Assembly (NCBI GenBank): GCA_044376115.1
Contig: JBILLK010000009.1
Location: 32,001 to 96,000, forward strand
Reading direction: 5' to 3'
DNA length: 64,000 nt
From: Polyangiaceae bacterium
GTDB lineage: Bacteria > Myxococcota_A > Polyangia > Polyangiales > Polyangiaceae
Position numbers and translations under genes: made by a program. The notes below the pieces were generated by a model. It was not told where the DNA came from. It saw nothing but the letters and a program-made list of their open reading frames with translations, and searched no databases. This document shows, in pieces, positions 36,973-46,883 of the stretch; the first letter of the stretch is position 1, and each line of letters opens with the position of its first letter.

Positions 36973-39195
36973 GTGCGGCGCTCCTTACGAGTTGCTCCGC
37001 TAGCGCTCTTGCTCGCGTTGGCCTGCGGCTCAAAGACATCGCCTGGCAGCGCCCGTTCGATGGCGACGGCTAGCGAGCTCGCAACCGGCAACGAGCCGGC
37101 GGTCAATCTGCACATTGAAGACGGCCTACCCGAGCTCCCTCGTGACCCGCGCGAAGAAGTCTTGGCCCAAAGCGTGGCGGAGCTCTTGGTCGAGGAGCAC
37201 GTGCGCAACCAAGCCTTGGACGACAAGGTCTCCAAAGAGGCCTTCCCCAAGTTCTTGGAAGAGCTGGACGGCTCGAAGCTGTTCTTGTTGGCCGGACAGG
37301 TCGAGAAGCTCCGCGTCTATGAGATGACCATCGACGACCAACTCAAGAGCGGGGACTTGGTGTTGGCGCGTAAGGGCGCCGCGGTGCTCAAAGAACGAAG
37401 GCAGGTCGTGGCCAAGCTGGTCGCAGAGCTGCTCGCTGCGCCGTTTGACTTCGAGCAGGATGAAGAGGTCGAGACAGACCCGAAGAAGGTCGAGTACGCC
37501 GTCGATGACGCTGCTCAGCGGGAGCGCTGGCGCAAGGTGCTCAAGCTTCAGGTACTCGAGCGCATCGAACAGCTCGAGGAGGTTGAAGCGGCGCTGAAGA
37601 AGCCCGTCGCCGACGGAAAGACGCCGCCGAAGAAGCCCGCCATTCCGATCCCTCCGACGTTCGCGGGGAAAGAGGAACAAGCACGCAAGGAACTCGCGAC
37701 GCGATTCCAAACGCGCTTTGTACGCTCGACCGAAACGCCTGCCTTGGAGCCGCTCGAGCGCCTGCTCAACGCCGTCGCTTCGGTTTACGATCCCCACACC
37801 CAATACCTCGCACCCAGCGAGAAGGAGAACTTCGACATCCACATGAGTGGTTCGCTCGAGGGAATTGGCGCCTCACTGGGCGAAGAAGATCACTACATCG
37901 CCGTGCGCGAGCTGGTGCCTGGGGGAGCCAGCTGGACGCAGGGTAAGCTCGAGGCGGGTGATTTGATCATGGCCGTCGCTCAACAGGGCCAGCCCGCGGT
38001 GGACGTGATCGACATGCCGATCGACAAAGTGGTGCGCATGGTGCGCGGCCCCAAGGGGACTGTCGTCACCCTCACCGTGAAGAAGCCCGACGGTCGCGTC
38101 GAAGACATCTCGATCACCCGCGACGTGGTGCGCATCGAGGCGTCCTACGCACGCGGTGCGACGTTGAAGCTCTCGCCCAAGGAGGCCCCGGTTGGCTACA
38201 TCCACCTGCCGGGGTTCTACGGCGATACCCGCGGATCAAAGGATGATCGTAACGCTGCGGATGACGTACTGCTGCTCGCCGCCGACTTCGAGCGCCAAAA
38301 GGTGGATTCGTTGATCCTCGATTTGCGCGGCAACGGCGGTGGTATTCTCGGAGCGGCTCGCGACATTACAGGCCTCTTCATCGACTCGGGCCCGGTGGTT
38401 CAGACCAGAACCAGCAGCGGACAGAAGGAAGTGCTCTCCGACATCGTCAAGGGCGCGGCCTACTCGGGAAATGTGGTGGTCCTCGTCGACCAGTTCAGCG
38501 CCTCGGCATCGGAGATCGTCGCGGGCGCGCTGCAAGACTACAAACGTGCGGTGATCGTGGGGACCGGCCCGACGCACGGCAAAGGGTCGGTGCAAGCGCT
38601 CGTGGACCTCGACCGCATCCTCAAGCCCGACGCCTCGAGTCCGTTGGGCGTGGTGAAGCTAACGACGCAACAATACTTCCGCGTGACCGGTGACTCGACG
38701 CAATGGCGCGGTGTGACGCCCGACATCCTGTTGCCGGATCCCACCGAGTTCCTCGAGTCGCAGGAGCGCTTCATCGATCACTCGATCCCGTGGAGCCGCA
38801 CCGAGGCGGTCCCGATGGTTTCGGAAAAGCGGGAGGAGAACCTGCCCTTGTTGATCGAGAAGAGCAAGAGCCGCCAGGTTGCTGAACCCGCCTTCTCCAA
38901 GATCGATTTGTTCAACAAGACCATCAAGGCACAACGCGAAGATACGAAGTATTCGCTCAAGCTCGCGACCTGGCGTGCTGAGCGCAAACTGGCGCAAGAC
39001 GCTCTCGATGCTGCTCGCCCCAAGGAGACGGACGAGAAGCCGCGTTTTGAGATCGTATTGTCGCAGCCGCGAGGGCTTCCGCCCGCAACCCCGCCGGGGC
39101 GACCCGACGCGCGCGACAAATGGCGCGAAGACCTCGCTCGCGACGCCTGGGTTCAGGAGACGCTGCGCATCGTTGACGACATGCGCAAGAACTGA
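36973..39195 (+). CDS. prc: Carboxy-terminal processing (tail-specific) protease, S41 family
   Basis: YDPHTQY, PDZ GIGASL, LDLRGNGGG, SASASEI, HGKGSVQ; lipobox-like LALAC; start may be 36931. Confidence 0.92.
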   Translation: MRRSLRVAPLALLLALACGSKTSPGSARSMATASELATGNEPAVNLHIEDGLPELPRDPREEVLAQSVAELLVEEHVRNQALDDKVSKEAFPKFLEELDGSKLFLLAGQVEKLRVYEMTIDDQLKSGDLVLARKGAAVLKERRQVVAKLVAELLAAPFDFEQDEEVETDPKKVEYAVDDAAQRERWRKVLKLQVLERIEQLEEVEAALKKPVADGKTPPKKPAIPIPPTFAGKEEQARKELATRFQTRFVRSTETPALEPLERLLNAVASVYDPHTQYLAPSEKENFDIHMSGSLEGIGASLGEEDHYIAVRELVPGGASWTQGKLEAGDLIMAVAQQGQPAVDVIDMPIDKVVRMVRGPKGTVVTLTVKKPDGRVEDISITRDVVRIEASYARGATLKLSPKEAPVGYIHLPGFYGDTRGSKDDRNAADDVLLLAADFERQKVDSLILDLRGNGGGILGAARDITGLFIDSGPVVQTRTSSGQKEVLSDIVKGAAYSGNVVVLVDQFSASASEIVAGALQDYKRAVIVGTGPTHGKGSVQALVDLDRILKPDASSPLGVVKLTTQQYFRVTGDSTQWRGVTPDILLPDPTEFLESQERFIDHSIPWSRTEAVPMVSEKREENLPLLIEKSKSRQVAEPAFSKIDLFNKTIKAQREDTKYSLKLATWRAERKLAQDALDAARPKETDEKPRFEIVLSQPRGLPPATPPGRPDARDKWREDLARDAWVQETLRIVDDMRKN

Positions 39196-39202
39196 GGCCG
39201 CG

Positions 39203-39266
39203 AACAAAAAAACAAAGCGCCTGCTCGACGGTTTGGGGGGGCAATACCGTCACAGGCGCTTCTGTT
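39203..39266. terminator. Intrinsic terminator between convergent prc and kinase genes
   Basis: aagcgcctg...gacggt / accgtc...caggcgctt stem with a flanking A-run (U-tract on the minus strand). Confidence 0.65.
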
Positions 39267-39381
39267 ATCGCCTAAGCAGCTCTTGTGCCACCTGCTTCGG
39301 GCGAAGGTTTGAGCCAAAAGCAGGTGCTCGTCCCCCGATGTCCGTTTCAAACCTGCAATCGCGTTTGCAGCCTTGAAGCGT

Positions 39382-41073
39382 CTAACGAAACTTGATCACC
39401 AGCGTTGGCGGTTTGACTCCCAACTCGTCGTAGTAGTCGACCCCGTCGTTGGAGGCCGGGAGCACACCCAGATAGAGGCTCGTGTTGGGCCGTAGCTTGC
39501 CGGGTGGAACCGTCAGTTGAACCTTTGCTCCGGCGGCTATGGGACCGAAGCTTGGCGCGAGGTTGGTGCCCATCCGCGCCGGACTGCGAATTGTCGTGGT
39601 CGAGGAATCGAACGGTTCAACCTCCCAAAGCTCACCGCTTTGCGGCGATTTCGCCTCATCGAAGTCAGCAACGTTGAGCTCCATGTATGCGCTCTCGATC
39701 ACGCGCCCAGCCAACTGTTGGTCGAGGTCAAATCGGAGATAGGCCGCCCGGGGTCCGAGCGAGGTGTTTGAGGTGCCTGCAGCTGGCCGAAAATCTGCGT
39801 CGACGGTCATCGTGTGTCGATCGTCGCAACCCCGAGGATCGGGTTCCACGGGGTTGAGGCATTCGGCGTAGACCGGTGCGTACACCAGCGTGCCGACGCC
39901 AAAGGTCGTCGGTTCCCGGTTCCGTTTCCACGCAAGGTAGCCAAAAAAGAAGAGCCCGCTGGCCATGACCACCAAGATGGCCGCGAACCAAGGCACGAGA
40001 TTGCGATCGCTGGTGTGACTGGCCGCGCTCGGCGGGGCCGCCGTCTCAGCTCGCGGACGCAGGCCCAACGAACCCGAGCGGGAGGACCTAGGCGCAGACT
40101 CGAGGGCGCTCAGGGCGCGGCGAGGCTCCGACCTAGGCCCGCTGTACGCGCTGCTGCGTGGGCCGGCACCTGAATCGCCGATCGCGACGGGAGGCACGCT
40201 CACATACGGGGAGCGCCTCGAGGACTGAGGCCCAGGGTTGGTGACGGTTTTCGCCACGTTTTGGAACGCGTTTGCGAAGTCCTCCGCTGTTTGAAATCGG
40301 TCGTGCGGCTCGCGCGCCAACGCCTTCTCGATAAAGCCTTCTGCTTCGATTGGAAGGTTGGGGTTCAGCGCTCGGACGCTCGGTACTGGATCGATGCAAA
40401 TGCGGACCAGGATGTCCCCGCTGTTTTGCCCATCGAAGGGAAGTCGGCCGGTCAAGGCGCGAAACACGGTGACCCCAAGCGACCACAGGTCCGAACGATG
40501 ATCGATATCGCGATTGCCTCGCACCTGTTCGGGACTCATGTACAGCGGCGTCCCGATCACGTCCCCTGTTTGCGTGACGTTCTTGCCGTCTTTGCCCATG
40601 ACTTTGACGATGCCAAAGTCGATCAGTTTGGCGACCTCTTCACCCTCTTCCTGCGCGAGAAAGATGTTCGCCGGTTTGAGGTCTCGATGAACCAACCCCG
40701 CGGCATGAGCGCGCAGCAAGCCGCGGCAAATCTGATCGACGAAGGGCGCAAGTGCCATCGGGGTCATGCGCCCAACCCGCCGAAGTCGCTGCTCGAGGTC
40801 CTCTCCTTCGAGCACCTCCATCACGTGAAAAGGAGTGCCGTTGTGCACACCGAAGTCGAGGATGGAAACGATGTTGCGACTCTTCAACGCCGCTAGAGCT
40901 TTGGCTTCGCGGGCGAATCGCTCGTGCCCCGAGGCGTTCTCCGCCGTCGCACCATCGAGGATCTTGATGGCGACGTTCTTTCCAAGTCCTAGGCGCTCAG
41001 CGAGCCATACGGACCCCATCCCTCCTTTGCCCAGCTTGCGCAATGACTTGTAGCGAAGAGCAAAGACTTCCAC
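39382..41073 (-). CDS. Membrane Ser/Thr protein kinase with a C-terminal DNRLRE/CBM96-like domain
   Basis: LGKGGMGSV, VAIK, HRDLKPAN, DFG, GTPLYMSPEQ; TM helix; AAYLRFDL...PTLVI; GGAG RBS before GTG 41073. Confidence 0.9.
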   Translation of the reverse strand: MEVFALRYKSLRKLGKGGMGSVWLAERLGLGKNVAIKILDGATAENASGHERFAREAKALAALKSRNIVSILDFGVHNGTPFHVMEVLEGEDLEQRLRRVGRMTPMALAPFVDQICRGLLRAHAAGLVHRDLKPANIFLAQEEGEEVAKLIDFGIVKVMGKDGKNVTQTGDVIGTPLYMSPEQVRGNRDIDHRSDLWSLGVTVFRALTGRLPFDGQNSGDILVRICIDPVPSVRALNPNLPIEAEGFIEKALAREPHDRFQTAEDFANAFQNVAKTVTNPGPQSSRRSPYVSVPPVAIGDSGAGPRSSAYSGPRSEPRRALSALESAPRSSRSGSLGLRPRAETAAPPSAASHTSDRNLVPWFAAILVVMASGLFFFGYLAWKRNREPTTFGVGTLVYAPVYAECLNPVEPDPRGCDDRHTMTVDADFRPAAGTSNTSLGPRAAYLRFDLDQQLAGRVIESAYMELNVADFDEAKSPQSGELWEVEPFDSSTTTIRSPARMGTNLAPSFGPIAAGAKVQLTVPPGKLRPNTSLYLGVLPASNDGVDYYDELGVKPPTLVIKFR

Positions 41074-41166
41074 GTCTCCCCAAAGTAGCGGAAGCCGCGA
41101 ACGTCGAGACTGGTTTCTTGGCGCTGCTTCGTCGACTTGGGCGACGTGGCCGCATAAAGTGTGCGC

Positions 41167-41571
41167 ATGGCCGCCATCTCCGGTTGGATCGCTGTCGCGG
41201 TGGCATTGCTCGCGGCGCTGGTGCCTTTGGCCTTTCGGCTTCGTGCGAAGCAGCGCGCGGATCTGGGGAGCAGCAGCGTCCAACGCCACGTCTTACTCGG
41301 GATGAGCGCGTTGTTCGTTGGTGCGGCCCATCCACTTACGGCTCTCTTCCAACTAGGCTCGCCGTCAGCGATTGGTGGCGGGGTGTTTGGCCTAGCGTTG
41401 GGCGGGCTAGCCTTCGTGATCTTGATTTCTCACTCCGGGCTCGGCCTCAAGTTGCGTGACCCAAAGCTGCGAGGCCGGCCGAAATCGCGTCGTGCGCACG
41501 TGATCACCGCGAGCCTTCTCTGCGTGTCGGCGCTGGCTCATGCGCTGGCGTGTCGTTTTGGCGCGGACTGA
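41167..41571 (+). CDS. Hypothetical 4-TM membrane protein with His residues in its helices
   Basis: Four hydrophobic helices with several His (cytochrome b-like spacing possible). Confidence 0.6.
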   Translation: MAAISGWIAVAVALLAALVPLAFRLRAKQRADLGSSSVQRHVLLGMSALFVGAAHPLTALFQLGSPSAIGGGVFGLALGGLAFVILISHSGLGLKLRDPKLRGRPKSRRAHVITASLLCVSALAHALACRFGAD

Positions 41572-41581
41572 GAGCTGAAGC

Positions 41582-42481
41582 TCAACCTACGAGACTGGTC
41601 TCGATCAGCGCATCGCGGGTGGCTCGCGCAAACGCTTCGTCTCGCTTCTCAATCGCGCCCGCGAAGGTACGGGTCAGATGGTCGATCGCTCGCCAGTGTG
41701 CGCGACTGAACGCATCCGCGTCGACGGGGCCGTAGGCGGTGAAGAAGCCCTCAACGTTGGTAGCTGGGAGCACCTCAAAGGCCGTACTTAGATCGGTTTC
41801 ACGATGTCCGACGTGGACGTCCACCCAGTCGAGCACGCCGGAGAGCCGCCCATCGGCCGTGACCAGCAGATTGCGACCGTGCAAGTCGCCGTGAATCAGC
41901 ACATCAGCGGCGCTCGTCGGGGGGCCGGGCCAACGATCCAACACGCGAAACAGGCGCGAAATCACTTCGCCCGATAACACGCCGTCGTGCTTCCATTGAA
42001 ACAGCTGCTCCCGCGTGCCGCGTCCGCGCCGTGTCTCGTCGAGACGCCCAAGCGAATCACTCGGCAGCTGGCAGCCAAGGCTGCTCGGTGCGAGCTGGTG
42101 CAGGTTCTTGACGAAGTTTCCTAGTCGAACCGCAAAGTCGGGAAGGAGGTCTGCGTCGAGCGCTGCGTCGTAAAACGGAATCCCGGGCACAAACGCGTGC
42201 GCCACGCATTTCCACCCCAGGCTTGGTTCGAACAACGCTACCCGGACCGGCACCGGCAAGCGCGTGGGTAAGCTGGGCGCTAGCTGCGGAAGCAGCGTCA
42301 TTTCGAGCTCGATCGATTCGGCTGCCGCCTGGTTCTTTGGAAAGCGAAAGACCATGCCGGCCGCGGCGATGACGTCGTGATCCCAACCCGAGCCAAGCAC
42401 GTTCACCGCTTCACCCCGAAGATCTGGCCACCGTTCTTCGAGGAATTTGCGCAGCCGCGTGAGGTCGACGGGAGAAACCAT
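41582..42481 (-). CDS. Aminoglycoside phosphotransferase (APH) family kinase
   Basis: GSGWD, VFRFPK, IHGDLHGRNLL, GVLDW. Confidence 0.88.
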   Translation of the reverse strand: MVSPVDLTRLRKFLEERWPDLRGEAVNVLGSGWDHDVIAAAGMVFRFPKNQAAAESIELEMTLLPQLAPSLPTRLPVPVRVALFEPSLGWKCVAHAFVPGIPFYDAALDADLLPDFAVRLGNFVKNLHQLAPSSLGCQLPSDSLGRLDETRRGRGTREQLFQWKHDGVLSGEVISRLFRVLDRWPGPPTSAADVLIHGDLHGRNLLVTADGRLSGVLDWVDVHVGHRETDLSTAFEVLPATNVEGFFTAYGPVDADAFSRAHWRAIDHLTRTFAGAIEKRDEAFARATRDALIETSLVG

Positions 42482-42493
42482 GGGATCACCAAT

Positions 42494-42526
42494 GAAAAAG
42501 GCGAACTCCGTCTCGAAGCTCGCCTT
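42494..42526 (-). terminator. Intrinsic terminator of the RRM gene
   Basis: Minus strand aaggcgagcttc...gagttcgcc followed by ttttt. Confidence 0.7.
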
Positions 42527-42593
42527 CTTCCTAACTCATCCCGCGCGCTGCGCGTTCCCTTTCACTCAGCGACGTTTCTCAACCCGGTGGCTG

Positions 42594-43061
42594 TCACCAG
42601 CGCCCGCCGCCACCGCCGCCTCGTCGCCCGCCACGATCGCCACCGCGGTCACCGCGATCGCCACCGCGGTCACCGCGATCACCACCACCGCCGCGATCAC
42701 CACCACCACGCGGGCGACCAAAGCCGCCGCCGCCGCCGCCGCCGCCGAAGCCACCACCACCACCACCACCGCCAAAGCCGCCGCCGCCACCACCTCCGGG
42801 GCCACGGCGCGGCGGACGCTCGTCAGCCGGGTTGACTCGGAGAGCGCGACCTTCCAGGTCTGCGCCGTTCATGCGAGCCATCGCTTGCTCCGCCGCTTCG
42901 GGCGAACCCATCGTTACAAATCCGAAACCACGTGATCGGCCGCTCTCGCGATCCATCACGACATGGGCGTCGACGACCTCGCCCGTTTCACCGAAAGCTT
43001 GACGCAAAATCTGTTCCGTCACGTGAAACGGTAGGTTGCCGACATACAGGCGCGTGCTCAT
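42594..43061 (-). CDS. RRM RNA-binding protein with a Gly/RGG-rich tail
   Basis: RNP2 LYVGNL, RNP1 RGFGFVTM, GGDR repeats. Confidence 0.95.
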   Translation of the reverse strand: MSTRLYVGNLPFHVTEQILRQAFGETGEVVDAHVVMDRESGRSRGFGFVTMGSPEAAEQAMARMNGADLEGRALRVNPADERPPRRGPGGGGGGGFGGGGGGGGFGGGGGGGGFGRPRGGGDRGGGGDRGDRGGDRGDRGGDRGGRRGGGGGGRW

Positions 43062-43285
43062 CGAGGACTCTCTCTCTTGCGGCCACCACGTTCCTACGCT
43101 TTCCGTCCCGCGACTGCCGCCCACCTCGGAACGGGGCAGGAATGAGGAATCCTCATCCCACACAGTTGAGCGACCGCTTCTCCCCAGCCTTACGAAGGAT
43201 GGAGGTCGCCGAGCCCGCCATTGTGCCCTTCGGGAGTATCGTAGCTAACGCTGGAAAGCAAGGTGCCCGCGAGCACTCGCCCGCG

Positions 43286-43786
43286 TCAACGTGATGGCAT
43301 TCGTGATCGACAGCTTAGGAAAAAGGGCCGTTCCTCCTCCGGCTGGGCCGTGAGCTGCCACGACGCGACGACGCGCGAATCGGAGCTGAACAGCCGCTTT
43401 CGTCGCTGCCCAAGCACCGAAAGCGCTCGTACGAGAAGTCTGGGCGAGTCTGCACTAGCGATGATCTCGCGTTGCTCCATGATCTGTTCAGTCGAGCCCC
43501 AGGCCGGTGTCGCCAGTGCTTCAGCGTTCCAAGTTGCGACCACGAGGGTGATCGCTTCCTCGAGTTCTGCTTGCTCCGGGCGCTCCGGGAGGATCGCTAA
43601 GACCGGAAACCCATAGGCGAGAATCGCTTCCGCGAGCGGGGATACAGGGTCTGCCTTGACGCATCTGAGCTCCTCGAGGGCCTCGAGGATTTCGAGTCGC
43701 TGCGCAGAGGTGACCGCTGGCCCTTCCAGCGTTGAGTCTGCCGCCTGTGTACGATTGATACTATTGACCGAAGCGGAAGATTCCAT
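43286..43786 (-). CDS. Hypothetical protein
   Basis: GGAGG RBS upstream of the ATG; fills the gap between asd and the RRM gene. Confidence 0.55.
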   Translation of the reverse strand: MESSASVNSINRTQAADSTLEGPAVTSAQRLEILEALEELRCVKADPVSPLAEAILAYGFPVLAILPERPEQAELEEAITLVVATWNAEALATPAWGSTEQIMEQREIIASADSPRLLVRALSVLGQRRKRLFSSDSRVVASWQLTAQPEEERPFFLSCRSRMPSR

Positions 43787-43894
43787 CGAGCCTCCTTCGA
43801 AACCGTGCTTGCTAGAGTGACGGATCGTTGACGGTCCATCCGTAGGGCTCAGCGTCGAAAGCTTGACGGTCTTCCCCGCGCGAGACGCGAAGGC

Positions 43895-44998
43895 TCAGCG
43901 CTCGAGCAGGATGCGCAACATGCGTCGCAACGGTTCGGCTGCACCCCAAAGCAGCTGATCCCCCACCGTGAAGGCTCCTAGGTAATGCGGCCCCATACGC
44001 AGTTTCTTCAAGCGGCCAAGCGCAACGGTCAGCGAGCCGGATACGGCCTTGGGCGAGAGCTCTGCGAGCGTCGCTTGGCGCTCGTTCTGCACGAGCTTCA
44101 CCCAGGCGTTCTGCTCGCGCAGGATGCCTTCAATTTCGTCGAGCGGAACATCGCGCGTTAGCTTGATGGTCAAGCCTTGGCTGTGACAGCGCATGGCCCC
44201 CACGCGAACGCAGATACCGTCGACGGGGATCTCCGGATCATTGCCGAGGATCTTGTTGCTTTCGGCGTGGCCCTTCCACTCCTCGCGCGTTGCGCCCTCG
44301 CCTACGGCCTTGTCGATCCAAGGCAGCAGGTTGAGTGCCAGCGGCGCGCCAAACTCGGCTTGCGGAAGGGCGGCGTCTGCGAGGGCCTCGGCGGCGGCGC
44401 GGTCAATCGTGAGGGCGCTCTCCGCCGCATTCGACAAAACCGATTGCGTTCGCTCGGCGACGAAACCGAGCTGCAACAAAAGCTCCCGCATGTTCTTGGC
44501 GCCGGCGCCGGAGGCCGCTTGATAGGTCATGCTGCTGACCCACTCGACCAAGCCGCGCTGGTAGAGCCCGTGGATCGCCATCAGCATCAGGCTGACGGTG
44601 CAGTTTCCACCGATGAAGTCCTTGTGTCCCTTCGCGAGCGCGGAGTCGATCTGCGCGCGGTTGACCGGGTCCAAAATGATGGTGGCGTCTTCGGCCATAC
44701 GCAGCGTGGAGGCCGCATCGATGAAGTAGCCGCGATAGCCTTGCTTGCGCAGCTCCGGGTGCATCTGCGTGGTGTAGTCACCGCCCTGACAACTGACGAT
44801 CACGTCGAGCTTGAGCAGCTCTTCGATCGAAAGCGCCGAGAGAATAGGCTCATTGCCGAGCGGAGCTTGCCCTCCGGACTGGGAGGTGGAAAGGAAGACC
44901 GGCTCGATCAGCTCGAAGTCGCCTTCGGCGCGCATTCGCTCGACGAGGACCGAGCCGACCATGCCCCGAAAGCCAATGATCCCGACGCGTTTCTTCAT
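43895..44998 (-). CDS. asd: Aspartate-semialdehyde dehydrogenase
   Basis: GFRGMVGSVL, GGNCTVSLM, YQAASGAGA, VGDQLLWGAAEP. Confidence 0.97.
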   Translation of the reverse strand: MKKRVGIIGFRGMVGSVLVERMRAEGDFELIEPVFLSTSQSGGQAPLGNEPILSALSIEELLKLDVIVSCQGGDYTTQMHPELRKQGYRGYFIDAASTLRMAEDATIILDPVNRAQIDSALAKGHKDFIGGNCTVSLMLMAIHGLYQRGLVEWVSSMTYQAASGAGAKNMRELLLQLGFVAERTQSVLSNAAESALTIDRAAAEALADAALPQAEFGAPLALNLLPWIDKAVGEGATREEWKGHAESNKILGNDPEIPVDGICVRVGAMRCHSQGLTIKLTRDVPLDEIEGILREQNAWVKLVQNERQATLAELSPKAVSGSLTVALGRLKKLRMGPHYLGAFTVGDQLLWGAAEPLRRMLRILLER

Positions 44999-45070
44999 CG
45001 TGATTGCAACGAAGCACTCCTTCCGCGAGGCGGCAAGTTCCGTCCCCATGCTGCAGAGGAAGGCGGCCCA

Positions 45071-46039
45071 ATGATCGACGACGCAAGCTTCGCGCGCGCC
45101 GTTTCCTTGCGCGCAGATTTGATCGCGCAGCCGGGCGACCGGGCGTTTCGCCTCTACGATGGCCCTCGGGAAGGTGAGCCCGGGTCGCCGACGGTCGAGG
45201 TCTTCGGCAAGACCGCCGTCACCTTCGTCCGCTCGAGCGAAGTAACCGCCGAGGAGAAGGCCAAGCTCGTGGCGACGTTGCAGCAGGCCCTACCAGGCCT
45301 CCGTGCCGTCGTTTGGAAGCAGAAGGGCGCTTTCGACACCGGCACCGTCGTGTTCGGTAGCGAACAAGACGTCGCTCGCCGCGTTGAGGAAGCGTCGATC
45401 AAGTACTGCGTGCGGCTGCTCGCCCACCACGACGCCACCTTCTTCCTCGATACAGCGCTATTGCGTGCGTACCTGCGGGAAACGGGAGCGGGAAAGAGCG
45501 TGCTCAACCTGTTCGCGTACACTGGCAGTCTGGGCGTCGCTGCAGCCGCTGGCGGAGCGCGCGTCGTCAACGTCGACAAGAACCGCATCTTCCTCGATCA
45601 AGCCAAGACCTCCTACGGCATGAACGGGCTGCACATCGAGCGGGTGCACTTCAAGGCCGAGGACTTCTTCGTGGCTTCACGTGGCCTGCGCAAGAGCGGC
45701 GCCGCCTTCGATCAGGTCGTGGTCGATCCGCCGCCCTTCGCCGCCGGCAAGTCGGGCGTCGTCGATGTGGTGAACAACCTCCCGGCGCTGCTCAACAAAG
45801 TCCGGCCGTTGGTCAAAGACGGCGGCGAGCTGATCGTCGTCAACAACGCGCTTTTCGTTTCGGGCGAGGAGTTCCTGCAGAAGATCGCCGAGGTTTGTGC
45901 AGATGGTTACGCCAAGTTGGAGCGTACCATCGGCGTCCCGGCGGACTGTCGAGCGCCGCTCGCGCGGCCGCTGCCCTCGGACCCGGCGCCCTTCGAGCAC
46001 CCCACCAAGATCGCCGTACTTCGCCTGCGCAAGAAGTGA
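45071..46039 (+). CDS. RlmI/RlmK-like class I SAM-dependent methyltransferase
   Basis: FFLD, VLNLFAYTGSLG, DPPPF. Confidence 0.85.
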   Translation: MIDDASFARAVSLRADLIAQPGDRAFRLYDGPREGEPGSPTVEVFGKTAVTFVRSSEVTAEEKAKLVATLQQALPGLRAVVWKQKGAFDTGTVVFGSEQDVARRVEEASIKYCVRLLAHHDATFFLDTALLRAYLRETGAGKSVLNLFAYTGSLGVAAAAGGARVVNVDKNRIFLDQAKTSYGMNGLHIERVHFKAEDFFVASRGLRKSGAAFDQVVVDPPPFAAGKSGVVDVVNNLPALLNKVRPLVKDGGELIVVNNALFVSGEEFLQKIAEVCADGYAKLERTIGVPADCRAPLARPLPSDPAPFEHPTKIAVLRLRKK

Positions 46040-46060
46040 ACGACTCGGGAAGCTTCGCCC

Positions 46061-46810
46061 GTGGATGAAGGCTTCGCGCGAACCCTTGCTCTGGTCGAGC
46101 TCGGTTTGGTTTTGCCAACCGTTCTCGCCCTCTCTTGGATCGCGGCGCCTTACGGAAGACATCGTCGCGACGGCTTCGGTCCGTCGCTGCCGGTAAAGAT
46201 CTCGTGGGTGCTGATGGAGGCGCCTGCGGTGGTCGCCTTCGCTTGGGGCTTTATCGCGGCCGGTGCGTCAACGGAGCCCGCTGCGCTTCTGCTGCTGCTT
46301 GCTTGGCAAACCCACTACCTTCACCGCTCCTTCGTCTATCCACTGCGTATCGTTGGCGGCCAAGGCCGAACCTCGCCGGTCCTGATCACTTTGTTGGGCG
46401 CGAGCTTCAACTCGCTCAACGGGCTGGCCAACGGCTTCGCCGCAGGCGTCACACGCGGTTTTGGTCAGCCGATGCTGTTCGCCCTCGGCGCGGTGCTGTT
46501 CGTGGCCGGGCTGGCCATCAACATCCATCACGACAACCTGCTCTTGCGACTGCGCAGAGAGCGAGTTGGCACCGACTATCAGGTTCCGCAGGGCGGGCTC
46601 TTTCGCCTGGTCTCGTGCCCCAATTATTTGGGGGAGCTGATCGAGTGGCTGGGCTTTTTAGCGATGTCGCAGTCGCTCGCGAGCCTGGCCTTCTGGCTCT
46701 ACGCAGTGGCCAATCTTGGGCCCCGCGCGCTCTCGCACCACCGCTGGTACAAGGAGCGTTTTCCTGACTACCCACCCGGTCGCCGCGCGCTGTTGCCCTT
46801 CCTTCTATGA
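46061..46810 (+). CDS. 3-oxo-5-alpha-steroid 4-dehydrogenase (steroid 5-alpha-reductase) family
   Basis: APYGRH, WVLMEAP, HYLHR, GGLFRLVSCPNYLGELIEW, NLGPRALSHHRWY. Confidence 0.9.
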   Translation: MDEGFARTLALVELGLVLPTVLALSWIAAPYGRHRRDGFGPSLPVKISWVLMEAPAVVAFAWGFIAAGASTEPAALLLLLAWQTHYLHRSFVYPLRIVGGQGRTSPVLITLLGASFNSLNGLANGFAAGVTRGFGQPMLFALGAVLFVAGLAINIHHDNLLLRLRRERVGTDYQVPQGGLFRLVSCPNYLGELIEWLGFLAMSQSLASLAFWLYAVANLGPRALSHHRWYKERFPDYPPGRRALLPFLL

Positions 46811-46883
46811 GCCACTCGGCCGAACTCAGGCTCTCGGCCCGTGATGGGTTCACGCCCCGTCGCGGCAGTGGCATCAACTTCGT

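Noticed and set aside
41582..42481. Bona fide aminoglycoside resistance gene
   Set aside because: APH-fold motifs only; substrate cannot be inferred and there is no mobile context
42594..42800. Repeat array or CRISPR-like region
   Set aside because: These are codon repeats for the poly-Gly/GGDR tail of the RRM protein, with no unique spacers
43819..43872. Three TGACGG direct repeats upstream of the hypothetical gene
   Set aside because: Short and irregularly spaced; could be chance
44177..45070. N-terminal 298 codons of the 620-aa ORF
   Set aside because: Antisense to asd; the methyltransferase starts at ATG 45071
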